Shown piece after piece: positions 13,226-26,287 of a DNA stretch of 64,000 bases. Under the pieces are notes generated by a model. It was not told the DNA's origin and searched no databases. It worked only from the letters and a program-made list of their open reading frames with translations. Source of the DNA: Octopus vulgaris (taxonomy: Eukaryota); assembly GCA_951406725.2 (NCBI GenBank), contig OX597822.1, forward strand, positions 13,888,001-13,952,000, read 5' to 3'. Made by a program: the position numbers and the translations under genes. The first letter of the stretch is position 1, and the number at the start of each line of letters is the position of its first letter.

Positions 13226-13553
13226 ATTATGATGATGCTATAGATCATCATTAACCGTCGTCCAATGCTTCCCTCTGCACTTCATCATCACCGTCATCTT
13301 CGTCGTTATCATCACCATTACCATCACCACCACCCTCATTATCTTTCTCCCCTTCCTCTTCCTCCTCATCCTCCTTTGCCTCATCATCGTCGTCATCATC
13401 TCGTTTCTCATGCTTTTAGTTCGCCCTCTCATTTTATTGTATAGGTACATTACTTGCTGCGAACAACAGCGTCGTTGGTTATAGATTTCTTACAAAACCA
13501 ACAACAGACTTCCTTCACTTAGGATGGTGAAACTGACAAGAGATTGTCTGTAA

Positions 13554-13781
13554 GGCGGCGAGCTGGCAGAAACGTTAGCACGCCGGGCGAAATGTTTAGC
13601 GGTATTTCGTCTGCCGTTACGTTCTGAGTTCAAATTCCGCCGAGGTCGACTTTGCTTTTCATCCTTTCGGGGATCGATAAATTAAGTACCAGTTACGCAC
13701 TGGGGTCGATGTAATCGACTTAATCCCTTTGTCTCTCTTTGTTTGTCCCCTCTATGTTTAGCCCCTTGTGAGCAATAAAGT
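13554..13781 (+). mobile_element. SINE B with 16-bp target site duplication
   Basis: B-box GAGTTCAAATTCC; direct repeat aagagattgtctgtaa at 13538-13553 and 13782-13797. Confidence 0.92.
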
Positions 13782-14165
13782 AAGAGATTGTCTGTAAAAC
13801 TCGGGTGGAACAAATATCACAAGTGGCCCCCATTCTACGCCATTACTGAGAAGTTTTATATTTTGCGTTGATATAGATCTCCGAAATATATACCCATTGC
13901 ACTAACACTTTCGGAATTGGATAAACCAATATATATTGGTCTAATTCTGAGCGTGTGTATGACGCGTGTGTGTGTGTGTATAAGTACCGCTTCTTGATTC
14001 TACTGAATAAAGAGCCGAGCGAAGAAACTGATAGTCACTTGGATACATTGAACTTTTCTTCAATCTCTGTGACAAAAACTACTCTATACAAAATATTAAG
14101 TTTCCCAATGGTGTGTATGGACAGTAATCAACCATTTCCATTCAAATATATAACTTTTTCACTCT

Positions 14166-14203
<38 letters not shown>

Positions 14204-15063
14204 CGTGTCTGTATACATACACAATATTGATACCGCATTGATTGAGTTTACTGGTGATAGGCCGCTGGTATAAAGTAGATTAGAACGTTATGCTTCCAAA
14301 CTTAGTCGGATGATGTCGTGTGGTCACTTTGGTGTAATGTTTTAGCTGCACATCAAACTGTGTCTACAGTTGATTGTAGACGCAGGGTTCGAGCCTACAA
14401 GTGATCTTACACGATCTTTCAGATTTTCATTTGTTTGCATGTGTGTGTGTGTGTATTGGCTCCGTGGAGGCTATAAGATGCTTCACAAGCACTCACCTCC
14501 GAGTGCGCGGAAACAGCTGCAAGACAATGATAGTGATTACGTGATGCCTGTTCCCTTTTGATATTTGCATGTATATATTATGCATGTGTGTATGCACGTG
14601 TGTATTATGTATGTGTGTATGTATGTGTGTGTGCATGTATGTATGTATGTATGCATGTTGTATACTACTGTTCAGTTTTATTTTAAGATTTCTTGCCAAT
14701 AGAGAAAGAACTGGTTTCTAACCTAGATCCAAAGCTCCTTCATTGAAATTTCAACATCAACGTAAGTACGTATGTATATTGGCAAATGCACACACTCACA
14801 CACACACACACACACACAAACACAGAAACACACAAGCAAACGCATACATATACATATATATAACATATACCTCGTAGCGAAATATATGTTATGTACTAAT
14901 GCATATGAGCAATTAAGGTCGCTTATGATATGGCATTTGCTGTTGCATCAATTTTTCCTGCAACTCTTATAATTGACACACAACAAATTTTGTTCTTTAA
15001 ATCCTTTCCCAATTTTACTAGCAAACCCTTACCGAAGAAATTGCACTCTCTGTTTGTGTCTCA

Positions 15064-15099
<36 letters not shown>

Positions 15100-15346
15100 T
15101 CCCCCTCCCTCTCTCTCTCTCTACCTGCCTATTATTATCTGTCACTCAGTCTTTCTTTCTCAATCTTCGTCCTTTTTCTCTCCCTTTCTCATCATAGCCA
15201 TATACGTATTTGCAAATATTCGTGTGTGTACATGGGCGTGTTTATGTGTGCGTGCGTGCATGCGCGAGTATGCGTGTGTATATATATATATATATATATG
15301 TAAGCAAACAGGCTTGTTCTAAAACCTCTCTCACCCCCTCTCTCTC

Positions 15347-15406
<60 letters not shown>

Positions 15407-15684
15407 TAATCCAAACAAGAAAGCACAAAAAAACACAACAACGCGAGGACGTGGAACATAATATTAGGTTAATAAGAATTATAGAAATTACTATTACCAG
15501 TGGCCTAGCACAAAAAAAATTAGTCAATAGGCTATATATTATTCACATAAAATGTACACGATATATATGTATATATATAATAAAGGAATGCAAACAATGG
15601 GACAAGAACGCAAAACATCCAGACAGTTAGATGTTACAAAAAAGGGACAAGAAAAAACAGGGACGGGTCATTCGGAGTTTTCTT

Positions 15685-15757
15685 TCCTCAGTCGAGTTCC
15701 TGATTATCTTTGCAATTTCGGCTGGTTATACTCGAGATTGCTCCAAACTGACCAGCC
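15685..15757 (-). ncRNA. Putative non-circularly permuted hammerhead ribozyme (subfamily P2), intact core
   Basis: ggctggt..gcaa-TC-tcgagt-ata-accagcc-GAAA-ttgc..actcga-CTGAGGA; stems III and I fully complementary. Confidence 0.7.
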
Positions 15758-15896
15758 CCAAGGTAAAACTAAGCTAAGAGCACTAAATTCCTCGGAAAAA
15801 AAGCAGCGAATGTATACGAAAACAAGGATGGAAAAAATATACATGTATTTATATATATTATGTATCTATATGTATATATATATGAACATATATATG

Positions 15897-15929
<33 letters not shown>

Positions 15930-16753
15930 TTGTGTGTGTGTGTGCGTGCGTGTGTGCGTGAGTGTTGGTATATACCTTTCTGTGCATACATGTCTGTGAA
16001 TTTATGTGTACTCACGAGTGCGTTACAAACCCGTAAAAACGTGCCACAGGTTGAAAAAAATATCACAGATCCTCAGGAGCGAAGCTAAAAGAGAAGGAGC
16101 TAGAGTTACGTCCTCTTACTGAGTCCACTGGCCCACATTATTTCTGCTTGTACAGCAACACAACAACAACAAGTGCATGAAACCATAAAGAATAAATTCT
16201 GAGAAACAAAGCAAAATAGAAATGTTATAATTTCTAAATTTCTCTAAAGGAGAGATATGCAAAAAAAAAAAGGAAAAAGAAGAAAAAAACACGTGTAGGC
16301 GAAACGAAGTCTAAATAACATTGGTAGATGAAAGTTAATTTCTCTATTTTAAAACACTCCTAAATAGAAATTTTCTAATTAAATTTATCTAGATCTAACA
16401 ACTTTCCTTCTGTTCGCTAGAATTCATGGCATTTTTCAACTAAATTAAATTATTCTAAATTCGGCCAGCTGCTCAATGTAGTTACGGATCGAGGAAACGG
16501 TTGTGTATCTATATTTCAATAATGCCGAGAACATATTTATTCAAAAATATAATTTTTTATAAATAGTTTTTAGAATCCATACACACATACATACATTCAG
16601 CATATTTATATCCATATATTTTCATACACACGTATACACACATATGTACGAACATAACACACATATATACACATATAAACACAGATGCATATACACACAC
16701 ATACACATGAATATACATACATACAAACTTGTACATCTTTGCATGAGAATGAT

Positions 16754-16812
<59 letters not shown>

Positions 16813-17259
16813 ATTTGAACTCAGGTTGGGAGTAATCCCATTCGTCTGAGACATGATTATCACTTTCATCCATCTTTTCGCAAAAATTACAGAACACCTC
16901 TCTCCATACCCCAAATTTCATCTCCATGTGTAACTTGAAGACATTGACGAGTTTCTGAGTGACTTTCAATGGCGCTTAGCTAGCTTGAAGTCTGAGACCA
17001 GAGAACTGCATTGCCATTCTCTATAAAAGCCGAATCCGACCTGTATGTGACAACAGGTGTTCGATATAATTCCATAAATGAAATAATAGAAAATGAAACA
17101 CAAATGAAAGATAATTTTCTTCAAGATGGATAAAATTTACGAAATGCGTCTCTAGCAAACCTTTTGAGTCATATTTCTTTCATGTTTTCCAGTTAATTTG
17201 GAGAGATATAAAATAGGAATGATTAACATTCATTATGCTCATTAAGTGCATTAATTAGC

Positions 17260-18400
17260 AAGGTGGTGAGTTGGCTGAAACGGTAGTGCGCCGGACAACA
17301 TGCTGAGGAGATTTTCTCCCATCGTTATATTCTGAGTTCAAATTCTGCCGGGACCGGCTTTTTGCAATATTTCATCCAACTAAGCCGACGATCTGGCAGA
17401 ATTGTTAGAACGCCGGGCGAAATGCTGAGCGGTATTTCTTCTGCCGTTACGTTGTGAGTTCAAATTCCGCCGAGGTCGACTTTGCCTTTCATCGTTTCAA
17501 AGTCGATAAAAAAAAGTACCACTTACGTACTGGGGTCGATATAATTGACTGGTCCCCATCCCCCAAATTTCGGGCCTTGTGCCAAGAGTAGAAAAGATCA
17601 TTATATGGCGGTGAGCTGGCTGAAATGTTTGCATGCCGGGCAAAATGCTTCGCTATTTCGTCTGTCTTTACGTTCTAAATTAAAATTCCTCCGCGGTCGA
17701 CTTCGCCTTTCATCCTTTCGGAGTCGATAAATTAAGTACTAGTTGCCTACTGGGGTCGATCTAATCGACTGGCCTCCTACCCCCAAAATTTCAGGCCTTG
17801 TGCCTTAAGTAGAAAAGAATATTTCTCCCAACACTTTGCCTTTTGGGTTCAAACCCCGCCGAAGTCAATTTTCTCTTTTCTCCTGGAAATGGCAGAATCG
17901 TCAGGGCGTCGGAGAAAATAGATACCTGTAAAGTACTCGGGTCGATATAATCAACAAACACAGAATGTAAAATTAAAATTTTCTTTCATAAAGGCTATAA
18001 CGGGGTGGATTAGCAAATACGTTCTGGTTCTTTACACTCTAAATTCAGATCCTGACGAGCTCGCTCAACTTTGATTTTCACCCCACCCCCACCCAATCCT
18101 ACCCCACCTCGGGGGTCTGCAGAATAAATTAACATTGGAATCGAAATAATTGACTAAAACCCTCCCTTCAGAATTATTGACTTAGTACTGAAGGAAAAAA
18201 ATGAAACAATCAGCATCTTCAACGAAAGCAGTGAAGGAAGGATCAAGGGAGGGGGGGGAGAAAAGAAACCGAGGGTTATATTACCCTCCGAGTTCAAATC
18301 AAGCCAAGATCATTGTTTATAATTTCCCGAGTCGATAAAATATAAATACCAGTCAAGCACTGGGGTCGATTTTGTCGACACAGCAATTCTCCTTCAGATA
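17260..18400 (+). mobile_element. Cluster of SINE B copies and fragments (best 17383-17600 and 17607-17820)
   Basis: Repeated gagttcaaattccgccgaggtcgac and ggggtcgat..atcgact blocks. Confidence 0.8.
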
Positions 18401-18427
18401 TGAGACATTGTGGCTTTGTTAGAAACC

Positions 18428-18462
<35 letters not shown>

Positions 18463-18694
18463 ATGTTCGCGATGATGGTGGTGGTGGTGGTAGTAGACCT
18501 CTTAAAGTCTACTTCATCTAAATGGAATCTTTATCATTGACAAAAGATGAGTGATGAAGAGCGTGGTTGTCTTGGCAACAAAAGGTTCAACAACAAGTAA
18601 GACACTTACTCTGTGTATGTGTGTGTCAGAGAGAGAGAGAGAGAGAGAGAATGTGTATTAAATTATGCATTAGTGCGTTGATATGTGTTCATAT

Positions 18695-18731
<37 letters not shown>

Positions 18732-18843
18732 CGTGTGCGTGTATACATACATGGAGATAGATAGAGAGAGGGGGAGGGAGAGAGAAGAGATTGATAGATA
18801 CATACATGCACACAGCCATATATCTCATGTGTGTATGTTTATG

Positions 18844-18879
<36 letters not shown>

Positions 18880-19516
18880 GAATGCAAAAGAATACACACA
18901 CACATATATGCATATATGTATATATATGTGTGTTTATGTGTGTGTGTGTGCGTGTATAAATGCATGTGTTTATGTGTGTTTGTGCGTGCAGTCATTCAAT
19001 AGGATTCTGTCCATTGTTATTCCGATGATGTCCTTTTCTTTACATACCACATCAACTCTCCGGAGTAAGTTTAGCGTTGGAATTGGAGGACGGTGCGTAA
19101 AGACAGCAGAGGCTGTGGTGGTGGTGGTGGTGGTGGTGGTGGTGGTGGTCATGGTAGTGATGATGGTGGGTGGCGGTGATGTGTGTGTGTGTGTGTGTGT
19201 GTGTGGCACAGGGTGGTTAGGTCGGTGAATTATTTGAGAAAGTTCCAAGAGCTGGTTGGCTGCTTCCATTGTATTTGTTTCTTTGCTTTCAATGTCTGTT
19301 GTTGAATGATGGCTACGCGTCTAAATGTACCTTCATTCATCGCCGCCGCCACCATCGCCGTCATCGCCGTCACCAGCACCAACATCACCGCCGCCGCCAT
19401 CGTCGTCGCGCACAACTTCCGCCACCACCGCCACCGCTGCCGCCACCTCATCTGCAGCTGCCACAACCACCACCATTAACCATCATTATGATCATCCTGA
19501 TCATCATCAGCATCAG

Positions 19517-19548
<32 letters not shown>

Positions 19549-20019
19549 CCATAAATTTTACCACGACCGCATCATCCTCACCACCGCCGCTACCACCACC
19601 ACTGCCAATATCATCATCATTATAAGTATCACCATAAGCTACAGCAGCAACAAAATCATTAACACCACCATCATCATCAATATCATCATCTCATCGTCGT
19701 CGTCGTTGTCATCATCATCATCACTATCGCCAACAGCAAAACCACAACAAAACTAAACTAAATGTCCTCCGTCGGAGCAGTATCCTAGTTGTTCGATCAA
19801 CTGATGTTCATAAATATTCAATTAGTGCTTAAGTGGCTGTGTATTCCTGAGACTCGTGTAGCCTGAGCCAGTTCCTTAGACTGAATCAGTAGACGATCTC
19901 GTACAATCCGTTTAACGGGCTTCTGCACAGACTCCGTCCATCCAGATTCATTCAATGCCAATTGGAATATGGTAAAATAATAATGGAATCTGATTTAGGA
20001 ACAAGGGGATAAAATGACG

Positions 20020-20282
20020 ACCTCAGCGAGATTTCAACTGAGAACGTAAAGACAGACAAAATACCTATTTCTTTACTACCCACAAGGGGCTACACACAGA
20101 GAGGACAAACAAGGACAGAAAACGGATTAAGTCGATTATATCGACCCCAGTGCGTAACTGGTACTTAATTTATCGACCCCGAAAGGATGAAAGGCAAAGT
20201 CGACCTCGGCGGAATTTGAACTCAGAACGTAGCGACAGACGAAATGTCGCTAAGCATCTTATCAGGCGTACCAACTCGCCGC
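20020..20282 (-). mobile_element. SINE B, dimeric form with partial second monomer
   Basis: Same aaagaaataggtattt junction as at 13047-13062. Confidence 0.85.
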
Positions 20283-20474
20283 TATTGATAGTTTTGAATC
20301 TTGGCACAAGGCTAGCAGTGTCAGCGTGATCGAAAGCACATTGGTACATCGATCCCCGTACTTCACTGGTACTTCATTCGATCGACCGCAAAAAACAGGA
20401 ATGGAAGTTTGAACTCGAAACGTAAGAAGCCGAAAAAAACGGTAAATAAAAAAAAAGTATTTTTTATCTTTTTA

Positions 20475-20724
20475 TCCTTTTACTTGCTTCACTTATTAGG
20501 ACTACGGCCATGCTGGAGCAGTACCGTGAAAACTTTTTCGTCGAATGAATGGAGCTCAGTATTTTTTTTTTATTTTGTAAGGCTCGGTACTTAATCTCTC
20601 GGTCTCTTTTGCCGAAGTGCTAAGTTACATGTTCGTAAACACACCGACATCTGTTGTCAAGATATCTATATGTGTGTGTTTGTGTGTGTGTGTATATATG
20701 TGTGCATTCGCACGCGCATATGTA

Positions 20725-20771
<47 letters not shown>

Positions 20772-21087
20772 ATGCATATATGGGTACAGGATGTCACCAA
20801 CTGTGTAGACAAACGAGTTAAATACGTAAACAACGAGAGAGAAAAAATGGAAACCTGGATGAATAAACACAGAGAAACGACCCTTCACCAGTTGTCGGCT
20901 GTCTCTCTGCTCTTCATTTCGAGCATTCAACGACACCGCCTTCCTTCCTTTTCCGTCTCCCAAATCCACTCACAAGACATTGGTCGGCCCATGGCTATAG
21001 AAGACAATTGCCCGAGGCACCTCGCAGTGGGACTCTATTCTGAAACTCGTGATTGGGAAGCAAACTTCTTACCACACAGCCATGCCT
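20475..21087 (-). mobile_element. Diverged SINE A whose internal microsatellite carries a family P fragment (20771-20936)
   Basis: Tail 20475-20660, head 20945-21087, insert with catgcatatatgggtacagga motif. Confidence 0.7.
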
Positions 21088-21571
21088 GATCATACACTTG
21101 GGTTAACCGGAAGCACTTCGGTTGGCTTCTACCCGTGACGGACAGGTCACGTGTATGCGAAGTGCCACGTGCCTGCCGAATGCGTACCCAACCATTTCCA
21201 CATTGATACATAGAGTAAGGTAGTCCGGTTGGCTGGGCGCTGTTGTCACTGACATCATCACATAATGACATCATCATCATCATCATCATCATCGTCGTCG
21301 TCGTCGTCGTCGTCGTCGTCATCGTCGTCGTCAAAAAGAAGAAAAATGTGGTAAGCAATCATTTACTGCGATGAAACAAAAGACAAAGAATAGAGAAGAC
21401 GGATCACCACACCTCAACTAACCGATGTTGTGGTGGTGGTGGTGGTGGTGGTGACGACGACGACGGCAACGAGGGATGAATTTGCTGGCGGCTGAGACAG
21501 CTACGACGGCGATGATGGTAACCAACACGATCACCGTGCTTAGCAACAACAGCAACAACAACAACAACAAC

Positions 21572-21612
<41 letters not shown>

Positions 21613-21614
<2 letters not shown>

Positions 21615-21823
21615 TCTACTGTAGGCACAAGGCCTGAAACTTTGGGGGGAGGGGACTAGTCGAGGATATTGACCCCAGTGTTTCACTGGTACTTATTTTA
21701 CCAACACCGAAAGGATGAAAGGTAAAGTTGACTTGGGCGGAATTTGAACTCAACGTAGCGGCAGACGAAATACCACTCAGCATTTCGCTCGGCGTGCTCA
21801 CGATTTTGCCAGCTCACCGCCTT
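21613..21823 (-). mobile_element. SINE B in (TAA)n
   Basis: Reverse-complement match to family B. Confidence 0.85.
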
Positions 21824-21847
21824 AATAACAATAATAATAATAATAAT

Positions 21848-22247
21848 ACTCTTTTACTCTTTTACTTGTTTCAGTCATTTGACTGCGGCCATGCTGGAAC
21901 ACCGCCTTTAGTCGAGCAAATCGACCCCGGGACTTATTCTTTGTAAGCCCAGTATTTATTCTATCGGTCTCTTTTGCCGAATCGCTAAGTGACGGAGACG
22001 TAAACACACCAGCATCGGTTGTCAAGCAATGCTGGGGGAACAAACACAAACACACAAACACACACATACATATATATATATATACGACAGGCTTCTTTCA
22101 GTTTCCGTCTACCAAATCCATTCACAAGGCATTGGTCGGCCCGGGGCTATAGCAGAAGACACTTGCCCAAGATGCCACGCAGTGGGACTGAACCCGGAAC
22201 CATGTGGTTGGTAAGCAAGCTACTTACCACACAGCCACTCCTGCGCC
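21848..22247 (-). mobile_element. SINE A, full length
   Basis: Very close to the reverse complement of 9759-10215 with a shorter internal microsatellite. Confidence 0.9.
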
Positions 22248-22300
<53 letters not shown>

Positions 22301-22679
22301 TGATGATGAACAGAGCTCAGTATCAGTAGCTTGTTGTACAACGTATAAAACGAAGACAATAGTTAGCTAGATGGCGTAGACGCTTTCAGTAATTAAATCA
22401 GAGACGAGGAAAGGGTAAGGTAGGAAGGAAGGAAGGAAAGAAGGAAGGAATGAGAAAGTGTAGGAGGAAGAGAAAGGAGGCGTGTTGTGGTGGATAGAAA
22501 TGGTGAGCAGCAGCGGGGCGGGGGGGGATGGCGCAACAGCACAATTGGTTATCTATTTGGTCAGATGTAAATCTCCATTGTGTTGACGTAGTTCAACACT
22601 TGATCTAATTTGGTGGTGGATTCATTACGGACTGGTTGGCAAGTCTCAGTTTAAACACAGAATCAAACTCATTCACAGC

Positions 22680-22731
<52 letters not shown>

Positions 22732-23368
22732 CCATCATCAGTGATGACGGGGTGGGGGAGGTTGTGTTGATGGTAGTGATGGATGGTTATGGTAGTCTTC
22801 GTGGTTGTGGTGGGGTTGTTGACGATGATGTCGGAGGCGATGAAGGGTGTTGGTGTGATAATGGTAGTTGATAGTGATAATGGTAGTTGTGGTGGTAGCG
22901 GTGGTAGCGGTGGTAGTAGTGATGTTCGTGTTTGGTGGTGCTTGCGATGGTGATGATGACGATGATTTCTTTTATATTGCCACAGATACATTAGAAGGCG
23001 AGTAATACAAAGACAGGCTACAATTAAAGAGGTAGTGGTGGTGGGGTGTTACATAAATTCAGGTAAAGAGAAAAAGGAAGAAATGAAATGAAAAATTACA
23101 AAGTATATGAACTGAACAACAATGCTCTCCCCTTGATACAGACTGGAGAGGCTCCAGCTAGGGCCCATCAAAGAAGCCCAGTTTCTCTCCCCTAACTGTA
23201 GTTTTCCAATCTGGAGTAGTTCGATTCACTGAGACCATTTTTGCCATAGTCAACCACCTTTGAAGAAAAACGTTTTCCTCTCCAACCTCATTTTCCTTTC
23301 CAAATAGAACTTGACAATGTCAGTGAGGACTTAACTGAAGTGGAAAGTGTTTGACTTCACTCCTTACA

Positions 23369-23624
23369 CAGTTCTATATTTAAGAGATGAGGAATTATGT
23401 TTACATTTATATTTACATTTGACAGATATTTATCCTCATCCTGTTTGCTGTTAATACAACGTTTCGGCTAATATACCCTCTAGCCTTCATACCCTAGGAA
23501 AGAGAACCCAGGTTCGAAATTTCCACAAGACACCCGATGAAGACTGGAGAGTATATCAGCCGAAACATTGTGTTAACAACAAACAAGATGAGGACAAATA
23601 TCCGTCAAATGTAAATAATGTAAA
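23369..23624. mobile_element. Penelope-like terminal remnant: about 90-bp inverted arms, one-sided tail, 13-bp target site duplication, hammerhead motif
   Basis: Arms about 23400-23490/23537-23624; ttcactccttaca (23356-23368) versus ttcagtccttaca (23625-23637). Confidence 0.7.
23529..23574 (+). ncRNA. Minimal type I hammerhead motif (CCGATGA variant, partly decayed)
   Basis: gacac-CCGATGA-a gactg..cagcc-GAAA-ca-TT-gtgtt; the opposite arm reads ggcta..tagcc-GAAA-cg-TT. Confidence 0.65.
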
Positions 23625-24157
23625 TTCAGTCCTTACAACCTCGTCCACCACATTTGCTTGCGACAGAGACATCGAATGAAAGTGACATAACAAGTTACAT
23701 AAACCGTGGGCGGTAGGTTACATAGTCGCTTCTTGTGGGTAAGTGGAGCTATATAAACTGATTATTAGACGAGGTGGAGATAGGATGGGAAAATAAACGT
23801 GTCAGAAGGGATGAAAGAGAAAGAAAGTATGGTGATGTGAGATTTTCTTTGGTTTGATGAGGGAATTATGTTATTGTTTAGGGTTCAATCAAGCGTGGAA
23901 GTAACTGCGTAAAAAGGTGTGTCCAATTCAGGTTGCGATAGTCATTGTAGAGAAAGTTGAGTTTTGTTGTGCTTTAGGTTTTAAGGCTCACAAAAAGTAG
24001 ATTAAGAGAGCTTGAGACATGGCCGCGCTCACGCACTTCTCACGAGGAATTCCGGAAGGAGCTTCGTGAGACTAGTGCAGAGACACTTCTGAGGGGAAAA
24101 AAAGGGAAAAAATCGTTGGAAAATCGATTGCAACAGTGACTCGATCAATCTCTAGGA

Positions 24158-24197
24158 ATATCTGAAGAAGGAAATTCTATATTCTGAAATATCATAT
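24158..24197 (+). ncRNA. Minimal type I hammerhead motif, intact core
   Basis: atat-CTGAAGA-a ggaa attctata ttct-GAAA-ta-TC-atat; AATTAAA and TA repeats follow. Confidence 0.65.
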
Positions 24198-25143
24198 CAG
24201 ACTATGGATGATTAAGTCACAACAGTTATTATAATCCATTGTTGTAATTAAAGTGCATTTTTTTGTTGCAATATATATAAATATGTGAAGATTTGTGTGT
24301 ACTTGCACATATCCATTACATGTGTATGTGTGTATCCATCTATATATGCATATATATATACACATATATAATTATATATAAACTGGTACATACATCCTTT
24401 CTTTCTCTGTGTATGTGTGTATCTGTGTGTATGTATGCGTGTGTGTGTGCGTGTGTGTGTTTATATTCATATATACATGCATACTTTATTTGAAACTCTA
24501 TACCTGTTTCATGTATTGAGTGCTAAACGTAAAACAAGTCCACTTTGTCTAAAACATTTAATTGATAAAATATAAGTGCGCATGCGTCCATTTGTATATG
24601 AGTATACGTGTGTGTGTGTGTGTGTGTGTGTTTCCTGGTTTTTCTATTGTTCTTGATTATTAGATTTAAGTGGTGTCAATACCGGACGGATAATGTGCTA
24701 GACAGACTTTTTGCTCCTGAGGTCATGCTTTCAAAACGTTGCTATTGGCGTTGTAATATTTTCCCTCCAGTTAAACATTTAAATTCTTCTATTAATTAAT
24801 TAATTAATTAGGTCTTTTGCTTAATGAATAAATAAATAAATAAATTTTAAAATATTTATTTATTCATTATTTTTATTATTTTATTTTTAATTTAGCCTCA
24901 AATTAACTTAATTTAATGTGCAAGCTTTTTGTTTTTCTCTTAAAATTTTTTTTTCATATTTTTCCAACTTTCGGTAACGTTTACAAGCGCAAAACAATCA
25001 GTAATTACGTCTGAACGCCATTTTAGTTTTGCGTTGAATTTATTTATTTTTTTAATATTTAGCTCTACCATGTTGATCCTCATCATCATCAACATCATAA
25101 TTATCACCATCAAAATCATCATCATCATCATCATAATTATCAC

Positions 25144-25176
<33 letters not shown>

Positions 25177-25759
25177 TACCATTATTATTATTATTATTAT
25201 TGCTTCAATTTTAAGTTACATCTGTTGAGCAAATGATTAAGTAACTTTCTATTACCTCTTTATATTTCAAGACAATTTAGTTTTACTTTTTGTGAAAGAA
25301 AAGGGTGTTTTTTCGTTTTTTTCCTTTCCTTTTATTTTTATTTGTGTCTTCATTCTTTTTGCAAGTGATGTAATTTTGATGAGGAAACAAGTTCAAGTAC
25401 CTCCACCACCACCACCACTACCACCAAAATCCATTTCCACCTAGCTGCTTTTAGTTTGTTCTTTAAAAAGTGTCTAGGTGCCAATCATTCGTTATTACGT
25501 GTGATTAAATCAACACCTCGCGAGATGTGTAAATAATATGATTCATACGTATGAAACGAGGATGGCTGAAAAACACAGTTTATTTGGGAGGAGAAAGATT
25601 TGAGCGCATATTTATCAATTGTCTCTTTCTGCACATATTCTCATCTGTGTATGCCCACTCTAGACCTTAAATACATCCTTCAATGGAAGTCAAGTAGTGC
25701 GAGGCTGGTGAAATAATTTAATTTTTCTGTTAACTTTTGTCAAACAAAATTCACAAATA

Positions 25760-25922
25760 TGGGCGCAGGCGTGGCTATGTGGCAAGAAGTTTGCTTCCAA
25801 ACCACATGGTTCCAGGTTCAGTCTCACTGCGTGGCACCTTGCGTAAATATCTTCTAGTATAGTCTCGGGTCACCCACAGCCTTGTGAGTGTATCTGGTAG
25901 ATGGAAACTGAAAGAAGCCCGT

Positions 25923-25925
<3 letters not shown>
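25760..25925 (+). mobile_element. SINE A head
   Basis: gggcgcaggcgtggctatgtgg...ggttcagtc...gaaactgaaagaagcccgtc then (TA)n. Confidence 0.8.
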
Positions 25926-25968
<43 letters not shown>

Positions 25969-25982
25969 TGTATGTTTTATGC

Positions 25983-26009
<27 letters not shown>

Positions 26010-26017
<8 letters not shown>

Positions 26018-26245
26018 CAATGGAGGCAATACCAGCGGAAAACTTTATATTGATTTATTGAGGTCCAATGAAAGTACACATATATATTGAATATTCTATT
26101 GGATAATAGGTCGTGTTTCTCTAGTTTTCCGCTGGTATTGCCTCCATTGAAATTATAAGCTGGAACTTAGCTCAATTAGAGCACTTTCATTCTAGCCTGT
26201 TTCTGGGCATTGTTAAAGTTAACAATCTCTGCATAAAATTGTATA

Positions 26246-26250
<5 letters not shown>
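26010..26250. repeat. Foldback element with one-sided tail in (TA)n
   Basis: 35-bp perfect inverted arms 26010-26044/26123-26157. Confidence 0.85.

Positions 26251-26284
<34 letters not shown>

Positions 26285-26287
<3 letters not shown>

Noticed and set aside
14000-14525. GAAActgatagTC and GAAAcagctg half-motifs
   Set aside because: No intact CUGANGA with a matching stem I
21090-21250. GC-richer unique segment with two CACGTG E-boxes
   Set aside because: A regulatory role cannot be supported without conservation or chromatin data
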